50,781 nt of DNA from Bacillota bacterium (GCA_041686915.1 JAWLDB010000004.1:1-50781), one strand, 5' to 3'. Positions 1 to 9,829 are shown, numbered from the stretch's first letter. Notes: generated from the letters alone by a model not told the origin. Made by a program: numbers and translations.

Positions 1-20
1 TTGATGTCGGACAGCGGAAG

Positions 21-689
21 ATGCTGAATATCTCGTTAGCCCAGTATCTTGGTTTGGAAGCGGCTTTAGCGTTTGACAATCAAGACAAGATTGATGGAAC
101 AATCAAACCCATTCATGTAAAGTTGGCCAAGACTTGCGGACTGGAGACAGCTATTGCTCTTTCCCAATATGAAGATGCTCTACTAAAGATGCACCAGGCA
201 GGGTCTAACCTGCTGCTGGTTGATGGCCAGCACTGGATGCTGGTTGAGGCAGTCAGTCAGTCGGACTTCTACCAGACACTAGCAAGTGGCGAAGGGTATT
301 GTCTTTATCGCGAGGAGAATGGTCAATCGTATTTCCTGGTAGATTATGCTTATCTCTCAGAGCGCGTCAACGGTGATAACATAACGCGTCAATGCGGCCC
401 GATTCTGAAGCGGCTAGGGTTGCCACGCTTCTTCAGCCACCGGGGGATCGATGAGCTTGAGATGCTGCTTTGGGGGATTGTCGAGACGGCGTGCAGACCG
501 GTCGACTGGGAGGCCATTGATTGCATCATGCCTGGAGGTAAGCGCAAGCGGGAAGCACTGCAACGGTTGCTGCAGAGAGGCATCCTTGCAGGTGATGACG
601 ACACTGGCTACCGCTGCTACTACTACGCTGGAGTAGAAGAGCAACTGGAACGGAAGGGCTTTGCAGATCTCTGCCGCTGCAGAGAATAA
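21..689 (+). CDS. Hypothetical protein, possibly winged-helix DNA-binding
   Basis: 222-aa ORF followed by a terminator. It has an internal repeat (LAQYLGLEAALA / LAKTCGLETAIA) and a wHTH-like C-terminus (EALQRLLQRGIL..GY). Confidence 0.55.
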   Translation: MLNISLAQYLGLEAALAFDNQDKIDGTIKPIHVKLAKTCGLETAIALSQYEDALLKMHQAGSNLLLVDGQHWMLVEAVSQSDFYQTLASGEGYCLYREENGQSYFLVDYAYLSERVNGDNITRQCGPILKRLGLPRFFSHRGIDELEMLLWGIVETACRPVDWEAIDCIMPGGKRKREALQRLLQRGILAGDDDTGYRCYYYAGVEEQLERKGFADLCRCRE

Positions 690-700
690 TATGGCACATA

Positions 701-736
701 AAGAACCTGCGCCTTTTTCAGGCGCAGGTTTCTTTT
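701..736. terminator. Bidirectional intrinsic terminator
   Basis: Inverted repeat AACCTGCGCCT / AGGCGCAGGTT with A/T tails, between convergent genes. Confidence 0.85.
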
Positions 737-750
737 AACCGGGAATAAGC

Positions 751-1464
751 CTATTCAGCAAGCAGCGCTTTCAGACGAGGATGCAGGATGTTATTCTCCA
801 AGTGAATATGCTGGAACAAGTCATTCTCCATTTCCTGCAGCATGGCATAGGTGCGCTCGTAAGTGCCGCAAGCATCGGCCGGGATAGCATAGTCCTGGGT
901 AATCTCCCGTAACTCCTTCAGGATATCTCCAGCCCCTTCATGCTCACTCTCCAACTGATCGATAGTCTCGATGGCCTTTTTCAACACATCTTCCGACTTG
1001 GTTTCCTCGTACTCTTTAACCAGTGGGAAGAGTACTTCCTCTTCGGTGATCAGGTGCTGTTCCAGCTCGAGTTTCAGCGAGTGAAAGAGCCGGTGTACTT
1101 TGGACAGTTCTTTATGTCCGGCACCGTGGACTCGCAAAATGGTAGTTGTGATCTGACTAAGCTCAGGCAAGGTAGTATGCATATACGCGTGATGCGAGTT
1201 CACGATGTAGTCAACCAGCTCTACGAACGGGGCAGTGCGCCAGTCGATCTTCTGCTCCTTGAGGGCTTGAGCATGAGCATGAGCTTCATCGAGAGCCGTC
1301 AGAATCTGTTCGGTATCCAGGCCTTGTTCGGCAATTGCTTCGCCAAGGGCTCTGTTGCCACCGCAACAGAAGTCAACCTTGTATCGGCCGAAAACTTCCA
1401 CTGCCTTTGGCAGTTCTGCTACAATTTCACCAATCTTGTTACTAGGGTTAAAGACATGTGTCAC
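751..1464 (-). CDS. ric: Iron-sulfur cluster repair di-iron protein (Ric/ScdA/YtfE)
   Basis: N-terminal DFCCGG (ScdA_N) and hemerythrin-like motifs HHAY, HLITEEEVLFP, EHEGAG and HIHLENNIL. RBS AAGGAGG. Confidence 0.95.
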   Translation of the reverse strand: MTHVFNPSNKIGEIVAELPKAVEVFGRYKVDFCCGGNRALGEAIAEQGLDTEQILTALDEAHAHAQALKEQKIDWRTAPFVELVDYIVNSHHAYMHTTLPELSQITTTILRVHGAGHKELSKVHRLFHSLKLELEQHLITEEEVLFPLVKEYEETKSEDVLKKAIETIDQLESEHEGAGDILKELREITQDYAIPADACGTYERTYAMLQEMENDLFQHIHLENNILHPRLKALLAE

Positions 1465-1525
1465 AACAAACGCCTCCTTAGGATAGTTCTCGCGCTCAGC
1501 AAGTAGTTGAGCACTTTCTATTACT

Positions 1526-1567
1526 AGCTTACGCTTAAAGCGTTGATATTTTCATGACATAGGTCAT
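1526..1567 (-). promoter_or_regulatory. Class II Crp/Fnr-type promoter of ric
   Basis: Palindrome ATGAC-ATAG-GTCAT (1554-1567, TGA-N6-TCA geometry) centred 41.5 bp upstream of a start site implied by the -10 element TAAGCT (1531-1526). Confidence 0.7.
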
Positions 1568-1578
1568 AAAATGCTTAT

Positions 1579-2289
1579 CTATTTACGGCCTAGCCCCCTT
1601 AATGATGCTTCATCCAGAATATATAGCACTTTGTGTCCCTCACTTACTATCCAGTTGTTTCTCCGGAAGTCAGTCAAGCAACGACTAAAGGTCTCCTGCC
1701 TGAGCCCAACCATACTGGCCAACTCGTCACGATTGAGCTGTAGCTGTAGCTTGATGCCTTTGTCAGTGATGCGTCCTTGGCGTGTGGCAAGATTTAGCAG
1801 AAGGGCAGCTACCCGTTGGCGACTGTCGAGGAGTCCCAACTCTTCAGAGAGCTTTTCCGCCTGACGTAACCGCGCAGCCAAAGCATCAAGAATACTTAGC
1901 GCTGCAGCAGGATGATCCAGCAAGTATTGCCGCAACTTATGACTGGAGATGCAGCAGAGTTTTAGATTGGTTAGCGCCTGGACAGAAGCTGACGCCGGCA
2001 TGGAACTCACCAATGATAGCTCTCCATAAAAGTCGCCGACTTGCAGCAAGCGCAGGACATATTCACTGCCGCTTAGGTTATGAGTAAACACCTTGGCCTG
2101 ACCACCCTCAACGATATACAGCCCTACCAGTTCATCACCCTCGCGGACAACAACATCCCCTTTGTCGTAGGTACGATGTACAACCAAGTGCTCAATATCG
2201 TGAATATCTTCTGGCGGGAGTTCCTTGAAAAGGGGTAGCGATCCAATACAGCCTCGGTTGCATAGAGAGCATCGTAACAACCCAACCAC
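1579..2289 (-). CDS. Crp/Fnr family transcriptional regulator with an N-terminal Cys cluster
   Basis: cNMP-binding domain (GDFYGELSL), HTH (ELASMVGLRQETFSR) and N-terminal C-x2-C-x3-C. Confidence 0.93.
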   Translation of the reverse strand: MVGLLRCSLCNRGCIGSLPLFKELPPEDIHDIEHLVVHRTYDKGDVVVREGDELVGLYIVEGGQAKVFTHNLSGSEYVLRLLQVGDFYGELSLVSSMPASASVQALTNLKLCCISSHKLRQYLLDHPAAALSILDALAARLRQAEKLSEELGLLDSRQRVAALLLNLATRQGRITDKGIKLQLQLNRDELASMVGLRQETFSRCLTDFRRNNWIVSEGHKVLYILDEASLRGLGRK

Positions 2290-2474
2290 CTCCTGGTTGA
2301 TTATACCACGGTCAGCGAGGGGTCAGTTTATCGCGCATAGTAGCGCATTCCCGGTTGCCTTATTAGTCTACTGCTAAACTCCATGACTAAACATGCAGTA
2401 GATGCACTCGTCAGCAGGATTTACTTCGCCACGCGTAGAATGCTTGCTTACAGGATAAGGGAGGGGAGTTAAGT

Positions 2475-3920
2475 ATGTTCGATAAGGCAAAACTGTACCA
2501 ATCGATTGAGAGCAAACAGGACGCTTATACCGACTTAAGCGATCGGATTTGGGAGTATGCTGAGACCCGCTTTGAGGAAAAGCAATCTGCAAAAGTGTTA
2601 TGTGATGCCTTGGAAGACGCAGGCTTCATAGTTGAGCAGGAAGTTGCAGGTGTACCGTACGCCTTTGTCGGAACTTTCGGCAGCGGCAAACCGGTGATTG
2701 GTTTCCTTGGTGAGTATGACGCTCTGGGTAACCTCAGCCAGAAGGCTGGTATTGCTGAGCGCGAGCCACTAAAGGCCGGTGCTAACGGACATGGCTGTGG
2801 TCACCAGTTGCTAGGAGTAGGTGCCCTGGCAGCAGCTGCTGCAATGAAGGAGTACATGCAAGAGCATAACTTGCCTGGTACTATTAAGTACTTCGGTTGC
2901 CCTGGTGAGGAAGGTGGCTCTGGCAAGGCCTTCATGGCTAGAGCAGGCATCTTTGCTGATCTGGATACAGCCATTACTTGGCATGCAGGTTCGACTAACG
3001 GTGTGTTCTCCGGGTCTTCCCTGGCCAATATTCAGGTTTACTACCGCTTCACTGGAAAAGCATCGCATGCCGGCGGGTCACCGCACCTCGGTCGCAGTGC
3101 CCTGGATGCTGTCGAGCTAATGAACGTAGGCGTCAACTATATGCGCGAGCACATCATCTCAGAGGCCAGGGTGCATTACGCGGTGATCAACACGGGCGGC
3201 AAGAGCCCGAACGTGGTTCAGCCGGAAGCGGAAGTGCTTTACCTGATTCGTGCGCCGAAAAACAATATCGTACAGGAGATCTTCCAGTGGGTAAATGAAA
3301 TTGCCCAAGGTGCTGCTATGATGACCCAAACCAAGGTGGAAATCCAGGTCGACAAGGCGTGTTCCAACCTAATCCCCAATGAAACGCTGGAGAAGCTGAT
3401 GCAGGCCAACCTGGAGGCCATGACAGCGCTGGAACCAACGCCGGAAGAGGTGGAGTTCGCCAGGTCAATCCGCGCTACCCTCGACAAAGCGGAGGCTCAG
3501 AAAGAGCTAGACTCGCTAGTCCAGACCTATGGAACCAAGGAAGGCCGCGAGTTGGCTAAGCAGCTGGAAGGCCAGGAGTTCTGCACCATCGTGCTCCCGC
3601 ACAAGAACTCGGACAAGGCCATGAGCGGGTCCACCGATGTCTCAGATGTCTCTTGGAACGTGCCGACTGTACAATGCTGGACCAGTTGCTACGCCCTTGG
3701 TACACCCGGCCACTCGTGGCAGTTGGTAGCTCAAGGGAAGTCTTCCTGGGCACACAAAGGAATGCTATTGGCGGCCAAGGCTATGGCCGGGACAGCATTA
3801 GACCTATTGGCCCAGCCGGAAAAGATTGAAGCAGCGAAGGCTGAGCTAAAGGATCGCTTAGGTGAAGAGACATACGTCTGTCCAATCCCGGACGGGGTTA
3901 ACCCCAGCCCGGTAAAATAG
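2475..3920 (+). CDS. abgB: M20 amidohydrolase, p-aminobenzoyl-glutamate hydrolase subunit B-like
   Basis: Motifs GEYDAL, GHGCGH, GCPGEEGGSGK, GRSALDAVELMNVG, GSTDVSDVSW and TPGHSWQ. Confidence 0.85.
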   Translation: MFDKAKLYQSIESKQDAYTDLSDRIWEYAETRFEEKQSAKVLCDALEDAGFIVEQEVAGVPYAFVGTFGSGKPVIGFLGEYDALGNLSQKAGIAEREPLKAGANGHGCGHQLLGVGALAAAAAMKEYMQEHNLPGTIKYFGCPGEEGGSGKAFMARAGIFADLDTAITWHAGSTNGVFSGSSLANIQVYYRFTGKASHAGGSPHLGRSALDAVELMNVGVNYMREHIISEARVHYAVINTGGKSPNVVQPEAEVLYLIRAPKNNIVQEIFQWVNEIAQGAAMMTQTKVEIQVDKACSNLIPNETLEKLMQANLEAMTALEPTPEEVEFARSIRATLDKAEAQKELDSLVQTYGTKEGRELAKQLEGQEFCTIVLPHKNSDKAMSGSTDVSDVSWNVPTVQCWTSCYALGTPGHSWQLVAQGKSSWAHKGMLLAAKAMAGTALDLLAQPEKIEAAKAELKDRLGEETYVCPIPDGVNPSPVK

Positions 3921-3921
3921 T

Positions 3922-3961
3922 GAGTGATAGGGGGGCCGTTGAAACGGCCTCCCTATCACTC
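3922..3961. terminator. Intrinsic terminator hairpin
   Basis: Inverted repeat GTGATAGGG..GGCCGTT / AACGGCC..CCCTATCAC just after the abgB-like stop. Confidence 0.7.
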
Positions 3962-4019
3962 ACCACCTATTTGCGTCAAGGACCCATGGCCTAGTTCTTT
4001 AGCAGTGACTCAGCTTAAT

Positions 4020-5108
4020 CTACTGACTTTTCCATAGAAACAGCGCGTATTGCATCATAAGCAGGAATGGTCGTATGACAGTCCGCTGATCGCTGAAAGG
4101 TAGATCATTCTTGTTTGGGCGGGCGTTTGCCTCAATCACCCAGACCTTCCTGCCCTCGCCGATGGCGAGGTCCAGACCAATCTCTCCCATAGGGCCTAGT
4201 GCCTGTTCCAAACGACGAACGGTTAACATGGCTACTCTAACTAGGCGCGCAGCCATAAACCATGCACTAAGCCCTTTAATCCCGAACACACTCAGACCCT
4301 TAGGTAGAGGCAGTTGTGTAGCTCCCTGATGCCTGCTGACTGCAAACTGACCTGGGTGCCCGATGAAAGCATAGCTAAGAGCATGTCTCCAACTGCCTCT
4401 TCCATCTTTGGACATAATCACTCTTACTTTGTTGCGCTTCTGCTCAACCTCCAGAATTCTCAACTCTTCCTGCACAACAAAGCGACCCTGTGCATTCTTC
4501 AGCACCTTGCCCACCAGTTCATCAAAACGGAGTTCAGTGAGTTTCTCGCCGGTGCTCGAATCCTCCCAACCGAACAATCCGCTACCCATGTTCCATACCC
4601 TGGATATGTTCTGTGCTCCAAAACCATAGCGAGGCTTGGCCAAGACAGACCAATGTTTCTTCAGCATTGACGCGAGGTCAGAAGCATTTTCGTAGAGCCT
4701 CGTTTCTGGTATGAACTCCTGCGTATCCTTGAACTTGCTAAGAGCCCAGTGCACTTCCCACTTGCCCAGCACATCAAGAGAGTTGATCGCTTTGGCCTGT
4801 CGGAAGATTCGTCTCTTGACCCGTTGCCCCTTGCTGTTCTTCTTCTTGCTTAACAGGGTAGCGAGATGAACGACGTCTGGCCATGGCATTTCCGACCTTT
4901 CCCATTTCCCGTTCTGATTTCTCGTCCAACCGTGAATACGATCATCCTGCAGGTCCACATCACTCAGTCTGAAGAAATATAGCTCTACGCCGACGCTTTT
5001 GGCCGCGTCCACAGCCAGCTCCATGCGTGGCACATATTCCCCGCGTAAGGTACGGCGAATGTGTGTAGACCAGACGAGTATTCCAACCACCGGTCGCTGA
5101 CTACGCAT
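4020..5108 (-). CDS. YheC/YheD family ATP-grasp spore coat-associated protein
   Basis: Motifs PWPDVV, KWEVH, IPETRLY, KPRYG and GEIGLDLAI...WVIEANARP. Start moved to ATG 5108 behind a GGAGG RBS. Confidence 0.88.
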   Translation of the reverse strand: MRSQRPVVGILVWSTHIRRTLRGEYVPRMELAVDAAKSVGVELYFFRLSDVDLQDDRIHGWTRNQNGKWERSEMPWPDVVHLATLLSKKKNSKGQRVKRRIFRQAKAINSLDVLGKWEVHWALSKFKDTQEFIPETRLYENASDLASMLKKHWSVLAKPRYGFGAQNISRVWNMGSGLFGWEDSSTGEKLTELRFDELVGKVLKNAQGRFVVQEELRILEVEQKRNKVRVIMSKDGRGSWRHALSYAFIGHPGQFAVSRHQGATQLPLPKGLSVFGIKGLSAWFMAARLVRVAMLTVRRLEQALGPMGEIGLDLAIGEGRKVWVIEANARPNKNDLPFSDQRTVIRPFLLMMQYALFLWKSQ

Positions 5109-5297
5109 AAACCCACCTCCCTTCTCCATATCCTATTCTCCAGTTGTGTATCGAGTGATATATCCGAAATATAACTGAAGACAGCGACTAACACTCAATA
5201 CTCACATGCGTATCGCCATACATACTAGGTGCATATATTGTAGTGAGAACAAGGATGGTCTGTACTGCACCGCATTGCAGAAAGGAGGGATAGCATC

Positions 5298-6389
5298 ATG
5301 AACCGGCATCCGCTCGTCGGTATCCTGGTAACTTCCAAAGCATTAAAAGCTGCCATAGGAAGCCATGCCTCGACTGAACCTAACCTGCATTTGGTCGCAG
5401 CAAGGGCCGAAGGTGTGCTCGCGTTCTACTTCAGTCTAAGAGGAGTATCATTGCGTAAGTGCCAGGTACGAGGCTGGCTCCACGACCAGTCCGGTAAGTG
5501 GTGCCGGGAGGTGTTTCGGTTACCAGACGTGGTTTATGTTCGCCGGTCCACGCCAAGGAGCGGCTTCCTGCCACGATTCAATAAGCTGCTACGTAGGGTC
5601 ATACCGCTTAACGAGCCTAATCAGCTGTTCAAGTGGACGACCCACACAGCTCTCCTTGGTTATAAAGACACTGCAGCCATGTTGCCGCATGCAGTCTTGT
5701 ACCACCATGCTTCAAACCTGCTGTCGATGCTGGCACGATACCCGTCCGTCTATGTAAAACCGGACCGGGGTAGTGGGGGCAAGGGCATAGTACGCATCTG
5801 GCAGGATGGGGTACGCCGTTTTTGGTGGCAAGCCACAACCGGTGACAGAGGAATGCTATCGCTGACCGAGGAACAACTCCGTGTTCAGATGGAAGAGTGG
5901 GCAAGCAGCAAATCTCTGATAATTCAACAGGAAATACCTGTCCTCAGAATAGACGGACGTCGCACGGACATTCGTGTAGTAATGCAAAAGGATGACAAAG
6001 CCCAGTGGCAGCTGTATGCCTATTTCCGGGTTGGTCCGCAACGCTCCCTGGTGTCCAATGTAGACCAAGGCGGCGAAAAAATGAGCGTAGTGGAAGCACT
6101 ACGACACATAGGCATGCGCAAAGACCGTTGCAGGGAAAAAGAGCAACGGGTGCATCAAGCGGCGCTAGTGATAGGTAACCGGCTACAGCAGTCCTTCGGA
6201 CGGATGGGGGAGATAGGTGTTGACTTAGCCTTAGACCGGAACTACCGAGTGTGGATTATCGAAGCGAATGCCAGACCAGGTAAGTCAGTCCATGGCAATC
6301 ATGACGATCTGGAGATCCGGTTTCGTCGACCATTCCAATATGCCAAGTATCTATGGTGCAACAAGGCATGGAGGAACAGTAGGCGATAA
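5298..6389 (+). CDS. YheC/YheD family ATP-grasp spore coat-associated protein
   Basis: Motifs LPDVVY, YVKPDRGSGGKGI, DIRVVMQK and GEIGVDLALD...WIIEANARPG. RBS AAAGGAGG. A mother-cell-type CATATATT element lies upstream near 5232. Confidence 0.9.
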   Translation: MNRHPLVGILVTSKALKAAIGSHASTEPNLHLVAARAEGVLAFYFSLRGVSLRKCQVRGWLHDQSGKWCREVFRLPDVVYVRRSTPRSGFLPRFNKLLRRVIPLNEPNQLFKWTTHTALLGYKDTAAMLPHAVLYHHASNLLSMLARYPSVYVKPDRGSGGKGIVRIWQDGVRRFWWQATTGDRGMLSLTEEQLRVQMEEWASSKSLIIQQEIPVLRIDGRRTDIRVVMQKDDKAQWQLYAYFRVGPQRSLVSNVDQGGEKMSVVEALRHIGMRKDRCREKEQRVHQAALVIGNRLQQSFGRMGEIGVDLALDRNYRVWIIEANARPGKSVHGNHDDLEIRFRRPFQYAKYLWCNKAWRNSRR

Positions 6390-6496
6390 TCACTGAGTAT
6401 AGCAGAGACCGGCTTTTATATGCTTTGAGCAAATAAAGAGGGAACCGTTACCTTGCTGCCGAACAAAGCCACGTAGGTTGTGCAAGGAGGAAAAGT

Positions 6497-8326
6497 ATGG
6501 CTAATAACACGATTGCAACTCCATCTGGATTAGCAGATCTACTGCAAACCTCAGAGGAAGTTGTATTGGTCATGACGTATCCTGGTGGCATCATTGTCGA
6601 CGCTAACCCAGCCGCTCTCAAACTCTACGGGTATGATCGGTCAGAGTTGTTTGGCATGCACATCCAACAGTTACGCTCGGCAGGCACAATAGCTGACATA
6701 CGCAAGCAGATGAGAGTTGCCGCTATGCACGGCATCCGGTTGATGACGGTGCATTACACCAAGCACGGGGAGAGTGTACCGGTCGTGGTTAAGTCGAATA
6801 GCATTAATGTGGGCGGGCAAATCTACCTGCTTAGCATTATTAGCAAGATTGCTGAAGAGGAGGTACGCATTCAGCAAGCGCCTGTGCGTATCGGGAAGGC
6901 TAGATGGAAGCATTCTGGCCAAAGCAAGCAATTGGTTCAGTCATTCTCGCTGGTCAGCGAGTTTGCTGCTGCCGGCATGTGGCTGCTCGATAGAAACGGG
7001 ACCATATTGAAGGCCAATCCGGCCATCTCACGAATGCTCGGGTATTGCCAACCAGAAATCCAGGAGAAGAGTTTTCTCTTTTTCACCTTGGCTGATGACA
7101 CCGACCAGAGCTCAGAACTGTTTGGTCAACTAGTAGATGGGAAGAAAAACGCGTATGAGATAGACAAACGCTATGTAACCAAGAGAGGCGACATCATCTG
7201 GGCCAGGGTAACGGTTACCGCGCTACTCAACGCTGCCGACGAGCACGCCTTATGTATGGCGCAAATTGAGGATATCACCAGCGAAAAGCTTCTGCAGGAA
7301 GAGATGCAACACTATCACGCCTTGGTGCGTTACTCAGATACTGCTATCTACAGCGCCAGCCTGGATGGGACAATCAAAACCTGGAACCCCGCTGCAGAAC
7401 GCATGTTTGGCTATGGTGAGCAGGAGATGATCGGGCAATCTGTCAAACTGCTGTTCCCCGACGAACTCCGCAGTTCACCTCTCCCATTCCTAGATCAGCT
7501 TAAGGCAGAACAAGCCATACAGACAGATACAATCCGGCGCCATAAATCAGGCAGATTGGTGCAGGTAGCCCTGAACGTTTCTCCCATCAAGAATAGTGCG
7601 GGGAACATAGTCGGAGTATCTTCGCTCGCCCGCGACATTTCGTCGGTATTAGAGCTACAGGCTGAAATCGCCAAGCTTGACCGGTTAAACATAGTGGGAG
7701 AGATAGCTGCCAGCATCGGCCATGAAGTGCGCAATCCAATGACTACGGTGCGCGGTTACCTGCAGCTGCTGCAGCGCAATCAGGACCTTGCTGCCTACAA
7801 GCCTCAGATGAACACAATGATAGAAGAACTCGATCGCATGAACGACATTATCACGGAGTTTCTTGCACTGGCGAGAGTGCAGACTGCGAGCATCGCTCCC
7901 AATGATCTGAACAAGACAGTGAGCACCCTACAACCATTAATCGACGCCGAGGCCATTATGCAAGGCAAGGAGGTCTGTTTCAACCTGATGGATTTACCGT
8001 CAGTAGATATGGACCCCAAGGAAATCAGGCAATTACTGCTCAACCTGGTTCGAAATGGTCTGGAAGCGATGGATAAGGGAGGCAAGCTCACTATCAGCAC
8101 ATATCTGCTGGCAGGCAACGTGGTGCTGGACGTTACCGATACAGGCTGCGGCATACCAGTTGAGTATCGGAGCAAAATTGGCACTGCCTTTTTTACAACC
8201 AAGCCAAACGGGACAGGCCTAGGGCTGTCTGCGTGCTACAGCATCGTTGCTAAGCACCGGGCAAGGCTAACCATCGATTCCTCGCCGGCGGGCAGCACTT
8301 TCCGCGTACACTTCACTCCAAACTGA
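6497..8326 (+). CDS. Cytoplasmic multi-PAS sensor histidine kinase (sporulation kinase-like, orphan)
   Basis: Three PAS/PAC repeats, H-box HEVRNPMT, N-box NLVRNGLEAM and G-boxes DTGCGI / GTGLGL. No transmembrane segment. Confidence 0.93.
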   Translation: MANNTIATPSGLADLLQTSEEVVLVMTYPGGIIVDANPAALKLYGYDRSELFGMHIQQLRSAGTIADIRKQMRVAAMHGIRLMTVHYTKHGESVPVVVKSNSINVGGQIYLLSIISKIAEEEVRIQQAPVRIGKARWKHSGQSKQLVQSFSLVSEFAAAGMWLLDRNGTILKANPAISRMLGYCQPEIQEKSFLFFTLADDTDQSSELFGQLVDGKKNAYEIDKRYVTKRGDIIWARVTVTALLNAADEHALCMAQIEDITSEKLLQEEMQHYHALVRYSDTAIYSASLDGTIKTWNPAAERMFGYGEQEMIGQSVKLLFPDELRSSPLPFLDQLKAEQAIQTDTIRRHKSGRLVQVALNVSPIKNSAGNIVGVSSLARDISSVLELQAEIAKLDRLNIVGEIAASIGHEVRNPMTTVRGYLQLLQRNQDLAAYKPQMNTMIEELDRMNDIITEFLALARVQTASIAPNDLNKTVSTLQPLIDAEAIMQGKEVCFNLMDLPSVDMDPKEIRQLLLNLVRNGLEAMDKGGKLTISTYLLAGNVVLDVTDTGCGIPVEYRSKIGTAFFTTKPNGTGLGLSACYSIVAKHRARLTIDSSPAGSTFRVHFTPN

Positions 8327-8357
8327 GACGAGGGGCAGTCCCTTCGTCTCAGTTTTT
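8322..8357 (+). terminator. Intrinsic terminator
   Basis: ACTGAGACGAGGG / CCTTCGTCTCAGT followed by a T-run. Confidence 0.8.
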
Positions 8358-8482
8358 CAACCTGGAGCGACCGGTACACGTTCTCCGGGTCAGGCAGATT
8401 GTAACAACACCTCAAATACTGAAAGGAATTTTGCCTCGTAACGCGAAGTATCTATATATAAATATCCCTGGAGGTGCATGAA

Positions 8483-9784
8483 ATGCTCGAGAGAATTGAA
8501 CAGATAGCTGACTCGCTGCAACCAACACTAGTGGAGATCCGTCGTGACTTCCATAAGTACGCCGAATCAGCATGGACCGAGTTCCGTACCGCGTCACTAA
8601 TTGCTCGCCGGTTGATTGATTTGGGCTATGAAGTAAAGCTTGGCCGTGAGGTCGTGAAAGACGAAGACCGCATGGGGCTGCCATCAGAGCAGGAACTGGA
8701 GAAGCACTATCAGCGTGCTGTTGAGCAGGGAGGGGACCAGGAGTTCCTGCCGTTGCTCAAGGGCGGTTTCACCGGCGTTGTAGGCATCCTACGCTGCGGG
8801 GAAGGTCCGGTAATCGGAATGCGTTTTGATATCGACGCTGTAGACATGGCTGAGTCCCAAGCACCAGACCATCGCCCGGTACAGGAAGGGTACGTGTCAG
8901 TAAATCCGGCTGCCATGCACTCATGTGGACATGACGGGCATGCTACCATCGGCCTGGGTGTGGCTGAGACTTTGGTGCATATCAAGGACCAACTAACCGG
9001 CACCATCAAGCTAGTGTTCCAACCGGCTGAAGAGGGGGTCCGTGGCGCCAAGGCGGTTGTCGGTTCCGGAATCCTCGATGATGTCCAGTATATGTTTGCT
9101 TCCCACCTGGGTAGCGGCGTGAAAACTGGCACTATCACCTGTGGCCGCGAGGGCTTCCTGGCCACTTCCAAATTTGATGCATTCATAAAGGGTGCACCAG
9201 CTCACGCTGGAGGCAGCCCACAAGGCGGACACAACGCAATGTTAGCAGCGGCTACGGCTGTACTCAACCTATACGCCATTCCACGGCACAGCAAGGGCGC
9301 TACCCGCATCAACGTCGGCAGGCTCAACGCCGGCACCGGGCGCAACGTCATTCCACCAGTGGCCCATCTGGCTATCGAAACCCGCGGGCTAACCAGCGAG
9401 TTGAACGATCATATGTACAACTACGCTATGCGCATACTGGAGAATGCAGCGGCGATGCACGGCTGCACAGTAGAGGTCAAGGCTATGGGCGGGGCAAGGA
9501 GCGGGGCAAGCACCCCTGAACTGGTCGATCGCGTACGCAATCTCGCTGTACAGATTAGCGACTTCACTAACGTACCGGATGGCAACCGCCAGGGTGGCGG
9601 CAGTGAGGACTACACTTACATGATGGAGCGCGTGCAGCAAAACGGTGGCCAGGCAACTTTCCTCAGCGTTGGTGCCGATTATAACGGCGCCGGGCACCAC
9701 ACTGCCGAATTTGATTTCGATGAAATAGCTATGAAGGGCGCTGTCAAGCTGTTCGTGGCAGCAGCACTTGACCTGATGCGATAG
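8483..9784 (+). CDS. abgA: M20 amidohydrolase, p-aminobenzoyl-glutamate hydrolase subunit A-like
   Basis: Motifs RRDFHKYAESAWTEFRTAS, RFDIDA, MHSCGHDGH, FQPAEEGVRGA, GSED and HHTAEFDFDE. Start at ATG 8483 after GGAGG. Confidence 0.85.
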   Translation: MLERIEQIADSLQPTLVEIRRDFHKYAESAWTEFRTASLIARRLIDLGYEVKLGREVVKDEDRMGLPSEQELEKHYQRAVEQGGDQEFLPLLKGGFTGVVGILRCGEGPVIGMRFDIDAVDMAESQAPDHRPVQEGYVSVNPAAMHSCGHDGHATIGLGVAETLVHIKDQLTGTIKLVFQPAEEGVRGAKAVVGSGILDDVQYMFASHLGSGVKTGTITCGREGFLATSKFDAFIKGAPAHAGGSPQGGHNAMLAAATAVLNLYAIPRHSKGATRINVGRLNAGTGRNVIPPVAHLAIETRGLTSELNDHMYNYAMRILENAAAMHGCTVEVKAMGGARSGASTPELVDRVRNLAVQISDFTNVPDGNRQGGGSEDYTYMMERVQQNGGQATFLSVGADYNGAGHHTAEFDFDEIAMKGAVKLFVAAALDLMR

Positions 9785-9801
9785 GCATAAAACAGCACAA
9801 G

Positions 9802-9829
9802 AAAAGAGACCGGTTGCCCGGTCTCTTTT
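9802..9829. terminator. Bidirectional intrinsic terminator
   Basis: AAAAGAGACCGG-TTGC-CCGGTCTCTTTT between convergent genes. Confidence 0.85.
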
